A DNA stretch of 64,000 nt from a candidate division WOR-3 bacterium. GTDB taxonomy: Bacteria; Hydrothermota; Tepidihabitantia; Tepidihabitantales; Tepidihabitantaceae. The stretch is from the NCBI GenBank assembly GCA_039801365.1, contig JBDRUN010000002.1:4411-68410 (forward strand), read 5' to 3'. Positions 19,616 through 29,071 of this stretch are shown here, piece after piece; the stretch's first letter is position 1, and each line of letters starts with the position of its first letter. Below the pieces are notes generated by a model. That model did no database searches and was not told where the DNA came from. It saw only the letters and a list, made by a program, of their open reading frames with translations. A program made the position numbers and the translations under genes.

Positions 19616-20137
19616 CTAATGAGGTCTGACCCCGGTTGCCCCACGACCGGATGAGCGCATCAGGCTGCGCATCGCGTCGAACAGAGCAAGAATCTTCACG
19701 TCTTGCGAAGCAAGCCGTTTCTCCAGTTCGGTCAGTTTGAGTGCGATTTCCCGGTAGGAATGCGCCGCCTGTTGCAACCGCACAAACGCTCGCACCACGA
19801 ACACACTGACTTCAACCGCGCGCTTGGAATTCAATACCGACGCCGCCATAACTGCGCCGTGCTCGGTGAACGCATACGGCCGGACTGGCGAGAACCGCAG
19901 CCGAGAAAGGTGGTCGCATTTTGCGACCACCTCGGCTTTCTCGTCTGCGGTGAGTTGGAACACGAAGTCGGCTGGAAACCGCTCGCGGTTGCGTCGCACC
20001 TGCTCGTTCAGGCGCCGGGTCGGGACACCGTAGAGGGCGGCAAGGTCGGCATCGAGCATAACGCGCCGGCCGCGCAGAAACAGAATCGCGCGGTCAATGC
20101 TACGCGACGGAACTAGGTAATTGTCAGGTTTCTTCAT
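19616..20137 (-). CDS. ORF6N domain-containing protein
   Basis: 'ILFLRGRRVMLDADLAALYGVPTRRLNEQVRRNRERFPADFVFQLTADE' matches the ORF6N/KilA-N-like motif. ATG at 20137 (MKKPDNY). Confidence 0.7.
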   Translation of the reverse strand: MKKPDNYLVPSRSIDRAILFLRGRRVMLDADLAALYGVPTRRLNEQVRRNRERFPADFVFQLTADEKAEVVAKCDHLSRLRFSPVRPYAFTEHGAVMAASVLNSKRAVEVSVFVVRAFVRLQQAAHSYREIALKLTELEKRLASQDVKILALFDAMRSLMRSSGRGATGVRPH

Positions 20138-20206
20138 CCGGGGCCAGCATAGCGTTCTGTCTGCATGTGTCAACGTTCTTCCGTTAGAGAATCGGAAACG
20201 GCTTGC

Positions 20207-20252
20207 TTCACCAATCCTTGACATCGGTCTGAAACTTCTATATTTTTAGAAA
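20207..20252 (+). promoter_or_regulatory. arsR promoter (TTGACA 20218-20223; -10 TATTTT/TATATT) overlapped by the inverted repeat TTCTA-N6-TAGAA, a putative ArsR operator
   Basis: Read directly. The -10 ends 8-10 nt before the arsR ATG at 20254, so the transcript is nearly leaderless. Confidence 0.45.
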
Positions 20253-20253
20253 T

Positions 20254-20595
20254 ATGGAAATAACAGACAGAGAACTTACCTCGGCCCTCTTTGCCGCACT
20301 GGGCAGTGAGTACCGACTGCGCATCATTGAACTGCTGGATACACAGGAACGCTGCGTATGCGAAATAGCGCCCCACTTCCCCACTTCGTTCTCAGTCGTG
20401 TCTCACCACTTGTCCGTACTGGAGCAGGCCGGGCTCATCGAGTCTCGACGAGACGGCCGTTGGATGCGCTACCGGGTTTCGAGTCCAGCAGTACTCAGGC
20501 TGGTAGCTGAGGCACGGCAACTGGCGAGACGAGCCAAGTCAAGACGACACTCTGCACGCCGGCCCAGGGCGTCGGAGCGCGCTGTCGCGCGCTGA
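20254..20595 (+). CDS. arsR: ArsR/SmtB-family transcriptional regulator
   Basis: HTH '[52 protein letters not shown]', including the metal-binding CVC motif. Confidence 0.85.
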   Translation: MEITDRELTSALFAALGSEYRLRIIELLDTQERCVCEIAPHFPTSFSVVSHHLSVLEQAGLIESRRDGRWMRYRVSSPAVLRLVAEARQLARRAKSRRHSARRPRASERAVAR

Positions 20596-20612
20596 ACCGC
20601 AAGGGAGCGCAA

Positions 20613-21458
20613 GTGCCCGGCAGCCCCGAAGACATCCGGAAATCCGTGAGGGAAGGTTACGCAAGGGTCGCACGAAACGCCGGTTCGTGCTGTGGTCCAG
20701 GCGCAAGCTGTTGCGACGGCGCAGTAACAGCCGCAGAAGTCAGCCGGAGTATCGGCTACAGCCCCGAAGAAATATCGTCGGTCCCGGACGGAGCAAGTCT
20801 CGGGTTGGGGTGCGGCAATCCGACGGCACTCGTCTCACTCAGGCCCGGCGAGACGGTGCTCGACCTCGGGTCCGGCGCCGGATTCGACTGTTTCCTTGCC
20901 GCACAGAAAGTCGGCCCTGCCGGAAAGGTAATCGGCGTGGATATGACACCGGAGATGGTTGACAGGGCGCGGGCCAGTGCCAGGAAAGGCGGTTACGACA
21001 ACGTCGAGTTCCGTCTTGGTGAAATCGAGCACTTGCCCGTCGGAGACAATTCGGTAGACGTTGTCATCTCCAACTGCGTCATCAACCTGTCACCTGACAA
21101 ACAGCAGGTGTTTCGCGAGGCGCTCCGCGTTCTGCGGCCCGGCGGCCGCCTCATGGTTTCAGACATCGTGCTCGCCGCGCCGCTTCCAAAACCCTTGCTC
21201 GACTCGGTCGCCGCCTATGTCGGCTGCATATCGGGTGCAAGTCTGAAGACGGATTACCTGGCGATGATCGTCGAGGCCGGTTTCGCTGGGGTAACGGTTC
21301 TGTCTGAGGGCCGGTTCCCGGTGGAACTGCCGGCCAGCGACCCAACACTGCAGGCAATGGTGCGCGAGTCAGGAATGCCGCCGGACCAGTTGCGCCAGGC
21401 CGCAGCCGCACTTCGGAGCATCGCGGTCACCGGCACTAAGCCCCGACCAGAGGCATAA
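20613..21458 (+). CDS. arsM: Arsenite S-adenosylmethionine methyltransferase
   Basis: SAM-MTase motifs '[13 protein letters not shown]', '[10 protein letters not shown]', '[15 protein letters not shown]' and '[11 protein letters not shown]'. Conserved Cys pairs in the N-terminal region. Confidence 0.85.
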   Translation: MPGSPEDIRKSVREGYARVARNAGSCCGPGASCCDGAVTAAEVSRSIGYSPEEISSVPDGASLGLGCGNPTALVSLRPGETVLDLGSGAGFDCFLAAQKVGPAGKVIGVDMTPEMVDRARASARKGGYDNVEFRLGEIEHLPVGDNSVDVVISNCVINLSPDKQQVFREALRVLRPGGRLMVSDIVLAAPLPKPLLDSVAAYVGCISGASLKTDYLAMIVEAGFAGVTVLSEGRFPVELPASDPTLQAMVRESGMPPDQLRQAAAALRSIAVTGTKPRPEA

Positions 21459-22159
21459 TGCTCAATTCGATTCTCGCTGATGCGGAGCGGATAATCACCG
21501 GTCAACCGCTTCTTGCGGCACCGGTCGTATTCCTGGGTGGGCTCGTCACCGCTCTCAACCCATGCGTCCTGGCCTCAATACCGCTTGCCATCGGATTTGT
21601 CGGTGGGTATGCAACGGGCCGGAGCAAGGGCTATGCTCTCCTACTCGCTCTCTTTCTATTCATCGGCATCGCCGCATCATTCACCGCGCTGGGGATGATT
21701 GCCGGCCTGGCCGGCACGCTCTTCGGCACCACCTCGGAGTTCTGGCCCATACTCATCATCATCGTCTGCGTCGTGATGGGCGGACAGATTCTGTTCTTTC
21801 CCAACTTCGAAATCCCAATGCCGCGCGGCTTCACCCCAAAGGCCGGCGGCATCATCGGCGCGTTCCTCTTGGGCGCTCTGACCGGAGTCATCGCCACGCC
21901 CTGCGCGATGCCGATTCTTGCGGTCATTCTGTCCTACGTCGCGTCCAAGGGCAACGTCGTCTATGGCGGGCTTCTGCTCTTCACTTATGCGCTCGGACAC
22001 TCGGTGCTGGTGCTCCTTGCCGGTAGTTCGATGGGCATTGCCGAGGCGATGGTGAACTCCAAGGGTCTGAAGAGAACTTCGGTCATTCTCAAGAAGGCCT
22101 CGGGCGTCCTGCTCCTGCTCGTGGCCGCTTATTTCGTCTATGAACTGTTCCAACGCTAG
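21458..22159 (+). CDS. ccdA: Cytochrome c-type biogenesis / thiol-disulfide transporter CcdA (DsbD core)
   Basis: 'LNPCVLASIPLAIGFVGGY' and 'ATPCAMPIL' motifs, the two conserved Cys; 6 TM helices. Confidence 0.85.
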   Translation: MLNSILADAERIITGQPLLAAPVVFLGGLVTALNPCVLASIPLAIGFVGGYATGRSKGYALLLALFLFIGIAASFTALGMIAGLAGTLFGTTSEFWPILIIIVCVVMGGQILFFPNFEIPMPRGFTPKAGGIIGAFLLGALTGVIATPCAMPILAVILSYVASKGNVVYGGLLLFTYALGHSVLVLLAGSSMGIAEAMVNSKGLKRTSVILKKASGVLLLLVAAYFVYELFQR

Positions 22160-22175
22160 TCTCGGAGGTCAGTCA

Positions 22176-22709
22176 ATGAAGCACGTTGCTCTCACCCTTT
22201 TTTCGGCTGGTTTGCTGCTTGCGCTGCTACCCGGATGTCCCAATACCCCCAAACCCACCAGTAAGGCGTCCGCGGCCGACACAACTCTTGCCGCGCAGAA
22301 TGAGATCTGCGAGACACTTCCTGCAACTGACTCTACTACGGTCGCGGCCATGCCGGATACAAACCCGGCCAAGCCCGAGCCAAAGCCTGAGCCCAAGCCG
22401 GAACCAAGACCCGAGCCCCCGCCCGAACCCAAGGCCCTGCCTCGGCTGTGGGACTACGGCTCGGAGAAATGCATTCCCTGTCAGGAAATGACCCGGATTC
22501 TCACACCGATGATGCAGGAGTACGCGGGCAAGGTGGATGTCCGTATCATCAACGTATACGAGGAACAGACGCTGACACAGCAAGCCCGCATTCAGGTCAT
22601 TCCGACCCAGATATTCTACGACCCGGACGGCAAGGAGCTGTTCCGTCACATCGGCGTATATCCCCGCGATTCTATCATCGCAAAGTTTCGGGAATTCGGC
22701 TGGGAGTGA
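22176..22709 (+). CDS. Thioredoxin-fold lipoprotein with Pro/Glu/Lys-rich linker
   Basis: Lipoprotein signal 'MKHVALTLFSAGLLLALLPGC'. (KPEP)n linker. CxxC 'CIPC' in a thioredoxin fold. GGAGG RBS before the ATG at 22176. Confidence 0.7.
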   Translation: MKHVALTLFSAGLLLALLPGCPNTPKPTSKASAADTTLAAQNEICETLPATDSTTVAAMPDTNPAKPEPKPEPKPEPRPEPPPEPKALPRLWDYGSEKCIPCQEMTRILTPMMQEYAGKVDVRIINVYEEQTLTQQARIQVIPTQIFYDPDGKELFRHIGVYPRDSIIAKFREFGWE

Positions 22710-22712
22710 TGT

Positions 22713-23885
22713 GTGAAGGAACGCACCAAGTTTCTCATAATCCTCGCCGCGTTCCTGCTGTTGTATTTCCTGCCGGTCGAGCGTGCACGGGTACAGGGAG
22801 CCTTGCTCGAAGGTTTCTTGATGCTGCAGGACTATGCCCGGCTCCACGTGCTTCTCTGCCTGGTGCCAGCTTTTTTCATCGCTGGTGCAATCCAGAACTT
22901 CATCTCCAAGGAAGCGGTGCTCAAGTACTTCGGCCCGAAGTCAAACAAGGTGTTGGCGTACTCCGTCGCGTCGGTATCGGGCGCGATTCTCGCGGTCTGC
23001 TCCTGCACCGTGCTCCCGATGTTCATGGGCATCTACTACGCAGGCGCGGGTCTGGGCGTCGCCTCGACGTTCCTCTATTCCGGCCCGGCCATCAACGCCC
23101 TCGCCATTCTGATGACCGGCCGCGTGCTGGGCCTGGAGCTTGGGGCGGCACGCGCCGTCGGCGCAGTTGTCTTCTCGGTAGTCATCGGACTGGGTATGGC
23201 GCTCATCTTCTTCAAGTCGGAACGCCAGCGGGCCGAAGGCGCCGGTATCGCCGGACTCTCTTCGGAAGCGGCCCGGCGCAACCTCGGCCAGAACATCCTC
23301 TACTTCGCTGCGATGATTGCCTTCCTTGTCTTCGCCAACTGGGGCAAACCCAGGGAGCCAATCGGCTTCTTCAGTGCCGTCTATTCTGTGAAATGGTTCC
23401 TCGCCGGCGCATTCCTGCTTGCCACGCTCCTGATGGTCTGGCGCTGGTTCAACTCAGACGAACGCAAGGCGTGGGTTCAGTCAACCTGGACCTTTGCCAA
23501 GCAGATTCTGCCTCTATTGCTCGGTGGCGTCTTTGTTGCCGGGTTTCTCTTGGGCCGGCCCGGACTGAACGCGGGCGTGATTCCTGATTCCATCATCGCC
23601 GGGCTCGTCGGCGGCAATTCGCTCTGGAGCAACCTGTTTGCCTCGGTCTCCGGTGCGCTGATGTACTTCGCCACCCTGACTGAGATACCGATATTGCAGG
23701 GGCTGCTCGGCTCCGGAATGGGCAAAGGCCCGGCGCTCGCCTTGCTCCTCTCCGGCCCGGCGCTATCTCTGCCCTCAATGATAGTCATCACCCGCACCAT
23801 CGGCTTCAAGAAGGCCCTTGCATACATCCTGCTTGTAGTCATACTATCAACCATCGTTGGCCTGCTCTATGGCCTGCTGTTCTAA
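22713..23885 (+). CDS. Permease of the ArsP/DUF318 family (putative organoarsenical efflux)
   Basis: Multi-TM protein with a 'VCSCTVLPMF' motif resembling the ArsP CxC motif. Lies within the ars cluster next to a small thioredoxin. Confidence 0.75.
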   Translation: MKERTKFLIILAAFLLLYFLPVERARVQGALLEGFLMLQDYARLHVLLCLVPAFFIAGAIQNFISKEAVLKYFGPKSNKVLAYSVASVSGAILAVCSCTVLPMFMGIYYAGAGLGVASTFLYSGPAINALAILMTGRVLGLELGAARAVGAVVFSVVIGLGMALIFFKSERQRAEGAGIAGLSSEAARRNLGQNILYFAAMIAFLVFANWGKPREPIGFFSAVYSVKWFLAGAFLLATLLMVWRWFNSDERKAWVQSTWTFAKQILPLLLGGVFVAGFLLGRPGLNAGVIPDSIIAGLVGGNSLWSNLFASVSGALMYFATLTEIPILQGLLGSGMGKGPALALLLSGPALSLPSMIVITRTIGFKKALAYILLVVILSTIVGLLYGLLF

Positions 23886-23900
23886 GAAAGGAGTTTTCCG

Positions 23901-24140
23901 ATGAAAGTTCAGGTACTCGGAATCGGTTGTGCCCGGTGTCAGGAACTCGAGAAGCGTGTGCGCGACACGCTCGCCGAGATGAACATCGCGGCGGACGTGG
24001 AACACGTCAAAGACCTCAAGCTGTTCGCCTCGATGGGCGTCTTCATGACGCCCGGACTGGTGATTGACGGCAAGGTCGTCTCGCAGGGCAAGGTTCCGTC
24101 CAAGGACGAACTGAAGAAGCTGCTCGCCGCGAGTAAGTAG
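23901..24140 (+). CDS. Small thioredoxin-family protein (redox-active disulfide protein 2-like)
   Basis: 79 aa with 'GCARCQ' CxxC. This is the typical partner of DUF318 permeases. Confidence 0.8.
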   Translation: MKVQVLGIGCARCQELEKRVRDTLAEMNIAADVEHVKDLKLFASMGVFMTPGLVIDGKVVSQGKVPSKDELKKLLAASK

Positions 24141-24145
24141 CCATC

Positions 24146-24544
24146 ATGTCCGATTGCTGCGTAACCAGCGAACAGACCCGCGCCTGCGGGTCAGAGGGCG
24201 TCCTGCTGCTGGCCTGCTCCGGCGGCTCGAACGTCGGACAGATTGCCAACGATGCGGCCAAGGCGCTCGACGGCTACGGCCAAGGCTCGATGTACTGCGC
24301 CATCGGCGTCGGCGCGCAACTAGAGAGTTTCGTCAAGAACGTCCGAGAGAAACCGTGCGTCGCGATTGACGGCTGTCCGGTAGCCTGCGTGCGCAAGTCA
24401 TTGGAGAACGTCGGGGTGAGACCGGCGGTGCATGTGGTCGTCACCGAACTGGGCATCAAGAAGCACGGCCAGTTCGACCACACCAACGACGACATGGCCA
24501 AGGTCGTCGGCGCAGTCGTGGACGCCCTGGCGCAGAAGCCATGA
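24146..24544 (+). CDS. DGC-domain (putative metal-binding) protein
   Basis: Conserved 'VAIDGCPVAC' and N-terminal Cys cluster typical of the DGC domain. Confidence 0.7.
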   Translation: MSDCCVTSEQTRACGSEGVLLLACSGGSNVGQIANDAAKALDGYGQGSMYCAIGVGAQLESFVKNVREKPCVAIDGCPVACVRKSLENVGVRPAVHVVVTELGIKKHGQFDHTNDDMAKVVGAVVDALAQKP

Positions 24545-24792
24545 ACGCCCAACCTGACTCGCTTGTCTGCTACTGCGGCAAGGTTACTTGTGGCGGGATT
24601 CTGGCGGCTATCCGCGCCGGGGCTACGACGTTGAAGCAGATTCAGAGGAAAGCTGGCGTTGGCGACCGATGCAAGGAACTGAACCCAAAGGGCGTCTACT
24701 GTGTCCCGGACATGCTCGCTATCCTCAAAGAGGAAGCCGGCACAAAGGAGGCCGGCGGTTGCACGTGTCCACACTGCGGCCCGAAGCGGTAG
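24541..24792 (+). CDS. BFD-like [2Fe-2S]-binding domain protein
   Basis: 'CYCGKVTCG...CKELNPKGVYCVPDM' spacing of four Cys is BFD-like. Confidence 0.65.
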   Translation: MNAQPDSLVCYCGKVTCGGILAAIRAGATTLKQIQRKAGVGDRCKELNPKGVYCVPDMLAILKEEAGTKEAGGCTCPHCGPKR

Positions 24793-24856
24793 CTGTGCCT
24801 GCACTGGCCTGTTCCGCTTGTTCCGATTTGGCTGAAGCCTGAAGACAGGCTAGAAT

Positions 24857-25006
24857 ATGACAATGAGAGTGAAACAACTGGTGTCCTTACTAATAATGCT
24901 GGCCTTCTTTCTGCTGGCTGCGTGCGGCGAGAAGAAACCCGCAACAAGCGGCAATCCGACCGACAGTACTCCGAAACCGGTGAACCCGTGCCCTACTGGT
25001 CGTTGA
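24857..25006 (+). CDS. Small lipoprotein (49 aa), not in the ORF track
   Basis: ATG 24857 to TGA 25004-25006: 'MTMRVKQLVSLLIMLAFFLLAACGEKKPATSGNPTDSTPKPVNPCPTGR'. Lipobox LAAC. TTGGCT-17-TAGAAT promoter abuts the ATG. Confidence 0.4.
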   Translation: MTMRVKQLVSLLIMLAFFLLAACGEKKPATSGNPTDSTPKPVNPCPTGR

Positions 25007-25024
25007 GGATACTAGTCCCGGCGC

Positions 25025-26278
25025 GTGTCGCCGGGTATTGAGAGAATCCCAGCAGTGTCGCCGGTAACCACGGCCTGTATCGAGAAGAAGCCCAAGGGTC
25101 TGAACGTCTTTGAGAAGTATCTGACCGTCTGGGTGCTTGCCTGCATCGGCGTGGGCATCGCGCTGGGCAAGCTCGCGCCCGGACTGGCCAGGACGCTGGA
25201 CGGACTTGCCATCTACTCCGGCGGCGCGCCGGTAATCTCTATCCCCATCGCGGTCTGCCTGTTCTTTATGATGTACCCCATTATGGTGAAGATAGATTTC
25301 GCCGAGGTAGTGAAGACAGGCAGGAGCGCGAAGCCGGTCGGACTGACCCTGTTCGTGAACTGGGCCATCAAGCCTTTCGCGATGTACGCCATCGCCATTT
25401 TCTTCCTCGGCGTGCTCTTCCGCGGCCTTATCGGGCCGGATGCAACCGACTTGGTCAAGCTGCCCCTGGGTGTGAACCTCGAACCGGGCGTCGTCTACGG
25501 TATCGGCAAGGTCGTGCTAGCGAACGGCGTGAAGATGCTTGAGGTTCCGCTGTGGAGGAGCTACCTTGCTGGCTGCATCCTCTTAGGGATAGCGCCCTGC
25601 ACCGCGATGGTTCTGGTCTGGGGCTATCTTGCCAGAGGAAACGACGGCCATACACTGGTGATGGTCGCCATCAATTCGCTGACGATGCTCCTGCTCTATG
25701 GTCCCCTAGGTGGATTTCTGCTCGGTGTCGGCAGACTGCCGGTTCCGTGGCAGGCGCTCGTGCTCTCCATAACTATCTACGTCGCCTTGCCGCTCGCGGC
25801 CGGGTATCTGAGCCGCAAGCTCATTATCCGCGCCAGGGGTGAAGCGTGGTTTCAGAACAGGTTCCTTCCCGTGCTGACACCAGTTACAATCATTGCCCTG
25901 CTCGTCACTCTCATCCTGCTTTTTTCCTTCAAAGGCGACGTGATTCTCGCCAATCCGCTGACGATTCTCTGGATTGCCATCCCGCTGTTTATCCAGACCA
26001 ACCTTATCTTCTGGCTTGGCTACGGTCTGGCGAAGCTGCTCAAGTTGCGCTACGAAGACGCCGCGCCGTCGGCGATGATCGGCGCATCCAACCACTTCGA
26101 GGTCGCCATCGCTACCGCGACGATGCTGTTCGGCCTCTCCTCCGGTGCGGCGCTTGCCACGGTCGTCGGCGTGCTCATCGAAGTTCCGGTGATGCTCCTG
26201 CTCGTGCGCATCTGTCTGCGCACCCGCCACTGGTTTCCGGCCAAGGCCGGACCAGCTTCCGCGGTAGCACTCGGCTAG
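25025..26278 (+). CDS. acr3: Arsenite efflux transporter ACR3
   Basis: '[23 protein letters not shown]' and the downstream TM pattern are ACR3-family. GTG starts are possible at 25025 or 25058, both inside a duplicated 'gtgtcgccggt'. Confidence 0.85.
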   Translation: MSPGIERIPAVSPVTTACIEKKPKGLNVFEKYLTVWVLACIGVGIALGKLAPGLARTLDGLAIYSGGAPVISIPIAVCLFFMMYPIMVKIDFAEVVKTGRSAKPVGLTLFVNWAIKPFAMYAIAIFFLGVLFRGLIGPDATDLVKLPLGVNLEPGVVYGIGKVVLANGVKMLEVPLWRSYLAGCILLGIAPCTAMVLVWGYLARGNDGHTLVMVAINSLTMLLLYGPLGGFLLGVGRLPVPWQALVLSITIYVALPLAAGYLSRKLIIRARGEAWFQNRFLPVLTPVTIIALLVTLILLFSFKGDVILANPLTILWIAIPLFIQTNLIFWLGYGLAKLLKLRYEDAAPSAMIGASNHFEVAIATATMLFGLSSGAALATVVGVLIEVPVMLLLVRICLRTRHWFPAKAGPASAVALG

Positions 26279-26835
26279 TCGCGGCCGCTTCGGTTCAGTT
26301 CGTCCAGCCGCGCCTGCACCCGGTCCAACCGCTCGTCGAGAAACCGCTCTACATCGCTGACCGCTTCTGAATCGGAAACAACCGCGAACGCCGCAGCCAT
26401 TTTTCTGGTTTCCTCAAGTTGCACCTCGGCCCAGTCCAGTACTGCGACGGACGAACCGGTCCGTCGCATGTGCGCGACCTCGCGCAGCATCGCGCTTGCC
26501 CTGTGTTCGTACTGGTACTGCAGACGACGGTTTCCAGCGACTATGGCGGATTGGTCGGTGGTTCTTGGTCTCATTGAAGGTGCTGGCGGGCAGCCAGTCA
26601 ACGCTTGGCTAACGAGTTCACTCCAGGACCTGCGTGTAATGACTGGCATTGCTACAATCGTCAGAGTCAGCAACCAGGTAACGGCCAACCCGACAAGCAC
26701 AGTCCACCTGACTCGCACTCCAGAATGCGGAGCGTATTCGTCCGGCCGGGCGCCGCAGGCAAAACAGAACACCTGTCCGGCCGTCATCTTTTCTCCGCAG
26801 AACGGACAGCGGCCAGGTTTCCGGCGCTTGCTCAA
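26275..26835 (-). CDS. Zinc-ribbon membrane protein (hypothetical)
   Basis: N-terminal 'CPFCG...CFACG' double CxxC, one TM helix and a charged C-terminal domain. Confidence 0.5.
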   Translation of the reverse strand: MSKRRKPGRCPFCGEKMTAGQVFCFACGARPDEYAPHSGVRVRWTVLVGLAVTWLLTLTIVAMPVITRRSWSELVSQALTGCPPAPSMRPRTTDQSAIVAGNRRLQYQYEHRASAMLREVAHMRRTGSSVAVLDWAEVQLEETRKMAAAFAVVSDSEAVSDVERFLDERLDRVQARLDELNRSGRD

Positions 26836-26836
26836 G

Positions 26837-27535
26837 TTACGCCTTCTTCGGGGGCAGTCTGAAACGGCCGCGGCCGGCCTTGCCCGAGCCGTGCCGCGGC
26901 TGGATTCCAGGCAGGCCGCACAGCTTCGCTATCGCGCGGTCCCAGGCATCCCGTTCCTTGCCCGACTTCTGGTTGGAGCGCCAGTCCTGGCGTTGTTTTA
27001 GTTCCCCCAAGTCCTGAACCAGTTCAGTCACCTTGTTCTGTTCCGCCCTGAGCAAATCAGCGCGTAGCATTGCATCGTCTGTCTCCTCCAGAATGCACGC
27101 AAGGTGTGGCAGGCACAGTCCGGGCGACCCCCGGTAACGAACCTGCAGGGCGTCATCCCGGAAATGCGCGATAAACTCCTTCACACCCTGCCGCTCTGTT
27201 TCCGCTTCTTCTGCGCACAGCGCGCAGTCCTTTCCGGAAACGGGCTGTCGGCCTGCCTCCAGCAGGATGCGGACCGTTTTCATCAGGTCTTCGTAGATGA
27301 TGGTCTGCCCCACTACGTCGCCGGCAGAGCGCACTAGCCAGGCGTGCCGGTTGCAGAAACCAAGAGACTCGCGCAGTTGGTCACGGGTGCCAGGGTCATT
27401 TACCCGTTCATAGAGCAGCGTGTCAATCCAGCGTGTAGTATGCCGGCTGACCAGATGGCAGATTGGACAGCCTTTAACCAGAGCGTCCAATATTTCCTGT
27501 AATGCTGCACTGGCCGGTTCGCTATGTGCTTTCAT
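26837..27535 (-). CDS. Cys-rich hypothetical protein (four CxxC/H pairs)
   Basis: 'GCPICH', 'FCNRHAW', 'CALCAEE' and 'CLPHLAC'. No family recognised. Confidence 0.5.
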   Translation of the reverse strand: MKAHSEPASAALQEILDALVKGCPICHLVSRHTTRWIDTLLYERVNDPGTRDQLRESLGFCNRHAWLVRSAGDVVGQTIIYEDLMKTVRILLEAGRQPVSGKDCALCAEEAETERQGVKEFIAHFRDDALQVRYRGSPGLCLPHLACILEETDDAMLRADLLRAEQNKVTELVQDLGELKQRQDWRSNQKSGKERDAWDRAIAKLCGLPGIQPRHGSGKAGRGRFRLPPKKA

Positions 27536-27774
27536 CGCGTGAGACGACCAACAAGCAGGCCGACGACCACACTCAGGCCAAGGAGCGCAACAAAAGCCAC
27601 CATTCCGGCCCTCAGCGCTTCGCCGATAACCTGCCCTCGGCCGAGTTTGTGCCGTTGATACTCCATGTAGACAATGGCAAACGCTGCTCCACCGCCCAGG
27701 AGACTGAACACCCCGTTCACCGCGAGCAAAGTGGTCAGCATCGGACTTGTCCTACTGTGACTGCGAAGCTCCAT
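27532..27774 (-). CDS. Small two-helix membrane protein (hypothetical)
   Basis: 'MELRSHSRTSPMLTTLLAVNGVFSLLGGGAAFAIVYM...MVAFVALLGLSVVVGLLVGRL'. Overlaps the antiporter 3' end. Weak call. Confidence 0.35.
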   Translation of the reverse strand: MELRSHSRTSPMLTTLLAVNGVFSLLGGGAAFAIVYMEYQRHKLGRGQVIGEALRAGMVAFVALLGLSVVVGLLVGRLTR

Positions 27775-29071
27775 TCTCCGGTTCCTCTTCCTCGGCGTCC
27801 GGGATGAGGCGGACGTCACCGCGCACGCCCTCGGGCTGGCCCATTGCGTCCACGTCCGGCAAGAGGTGCCGCGGTAGGAAGGCAAGCGTGGCGATGACCG
27901 TTGGCACCACCGCACTGGCGATAACCGCAGCGACCAGGAACGAATACTGCGCCTCGTTGACGATGCCGTGCGAGAATCCGTACAGGGCTGAGATTGTACC
28001 GAAAGTCAGCCCGGTTGACATCATCAGAGTATAATACCAGCGTTCAGTGCGTTCCTTCCGGTAGTGAGAAATCACCGGGAACAGTCCCAATGTTTTTGTC
28101 AGCACCTTGCCCCCGAGCAACGCGAGGAACACGAGCGGAGCGCTGATGAGCGCCGAAAGGGAAACAAGCGAACCGGCCCGGATGAAGTAAAACGGCGTGA
28201 GAAATCCTACCGTCAGGGTGCGCAGACGTCGAACAAAGTCGTGGTCCATCGCCGAAGACCCGGCCAGCACCATGCCGATGAGATAGGCGGGCAGTACCGC
28301 TTCGCTGTCCGACCAGAGCGCAAGCGCACCAAGGACAAACAGTACCAATACTACCCACTTGGTCCTCACCGCTGCGGTGCGGTAAGCATAGCGCCGGGCG
28401 ATGCGGCGAGTAAGGAATGGCAGAACAGCCAGGCCCGCGGCCGTGGCCACGGCAAAGACCGCGGTCTTGTACGTGAAAGGTGCAAAGATGAAACCCAGCG
28501 CCAGCACCGTGCCCAGGTCGTTCACGAAACACGCGCCCAGTATCCCTTTGCCAAACTCGGTCTTGTTGAAGCCGGTCTCCAGCATTACTGCGTACACTAC
28601 CGCCATGGAAGTGGTCGAAAGCGCTACTCCGGCGAGCAGACTTGCCTTCACACTCCAGTGAAGCAGAAAGTGCGCTAATACTGTACAGCCCAGAAATGGT
28701 GCGAAGAATCCGACCAGGCCGATTACCGTCACCTCGCCCAGTTTGCTCCGCAGCACTGAAGGTTCAAGCTCTGCTCCGGCCAGAAAGGTGAGCATCACCG
28801 CGCCGGTCGCGGCCAGAAACCGCAACCATTCGGCGTTAGAACCCAAAGAGCCCGGCCCGAAAAAGCGCGTTGCCAAGGAACCCGCGGCCACGCCAAGACA
28901 TATCTCCACCAAGGCGATGGAAATCCGCAGATGATTGGCGATGATGGTGGCGAAAACCGCCAAGGCAAGCCAGACCGCGGCCAGAACAAACGTCTCCTGC
29001 AAAGAATCCTCCGGTTCACTGCTTATCGGACAAATCCGGGCAATAGAAATACCCGGCCTTGCAGGAGTCAT
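27752..29071 (-). CDS. Cation:proton antiporter (CPA2/Kef-type Na+/H+ exchanger)
   Basis: 12-13 TM helices with 'LAAVWLALAV...EICLGVAAG', CPA family. Start probably 'MTPARPG' at 29071. The track ORF extends to 29200. Confidence 0.8.
   Translation of the reverse strand: MTPARPGISIARICPISSEPEDSLQETFVLAAVWLALAVFATIIANHLRISIALVEICLGVAAGSLATRFFGPGSLGSNAEWLRFLAATGAVMLTFLAGAELEPSVLRSKLGEVTVIGLVGFFAPFLGCTVLAHFLLHWSVKASLLAGVALSTTSMAVVYAVMLETGFNKTEFGKGILGACFVNDLGTVLALGFIFAPFTYKTAVFAVATAAGLAVLPFLTRRIARRYAYRTAAVRTKWVVLVLFVLGALALWSDSEAVLPAYLIGMVLAGSSAMDHDFVRRLRTLTVGFLTPFYFIRAGSLVSLSALISAPLVFLALLGGKVLTKTLGLFPVISHYRKERTERWYYTLMMSTGLTFGTISALYGFSHGIVNEAQYSFLVAAVIASAVVPTVIATLAFLPRHLLPDVDAMGQPEGVRGDVRLIPDAEEEEPENGASQSQ

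Noticed and set aside
22448-23587. 379-aa Arg/Gly-rich ORF in an alternate frame
   Set aside because: Overlaps the well-supported permease gene 22713..23885 in another frame. Low-complexity junk.
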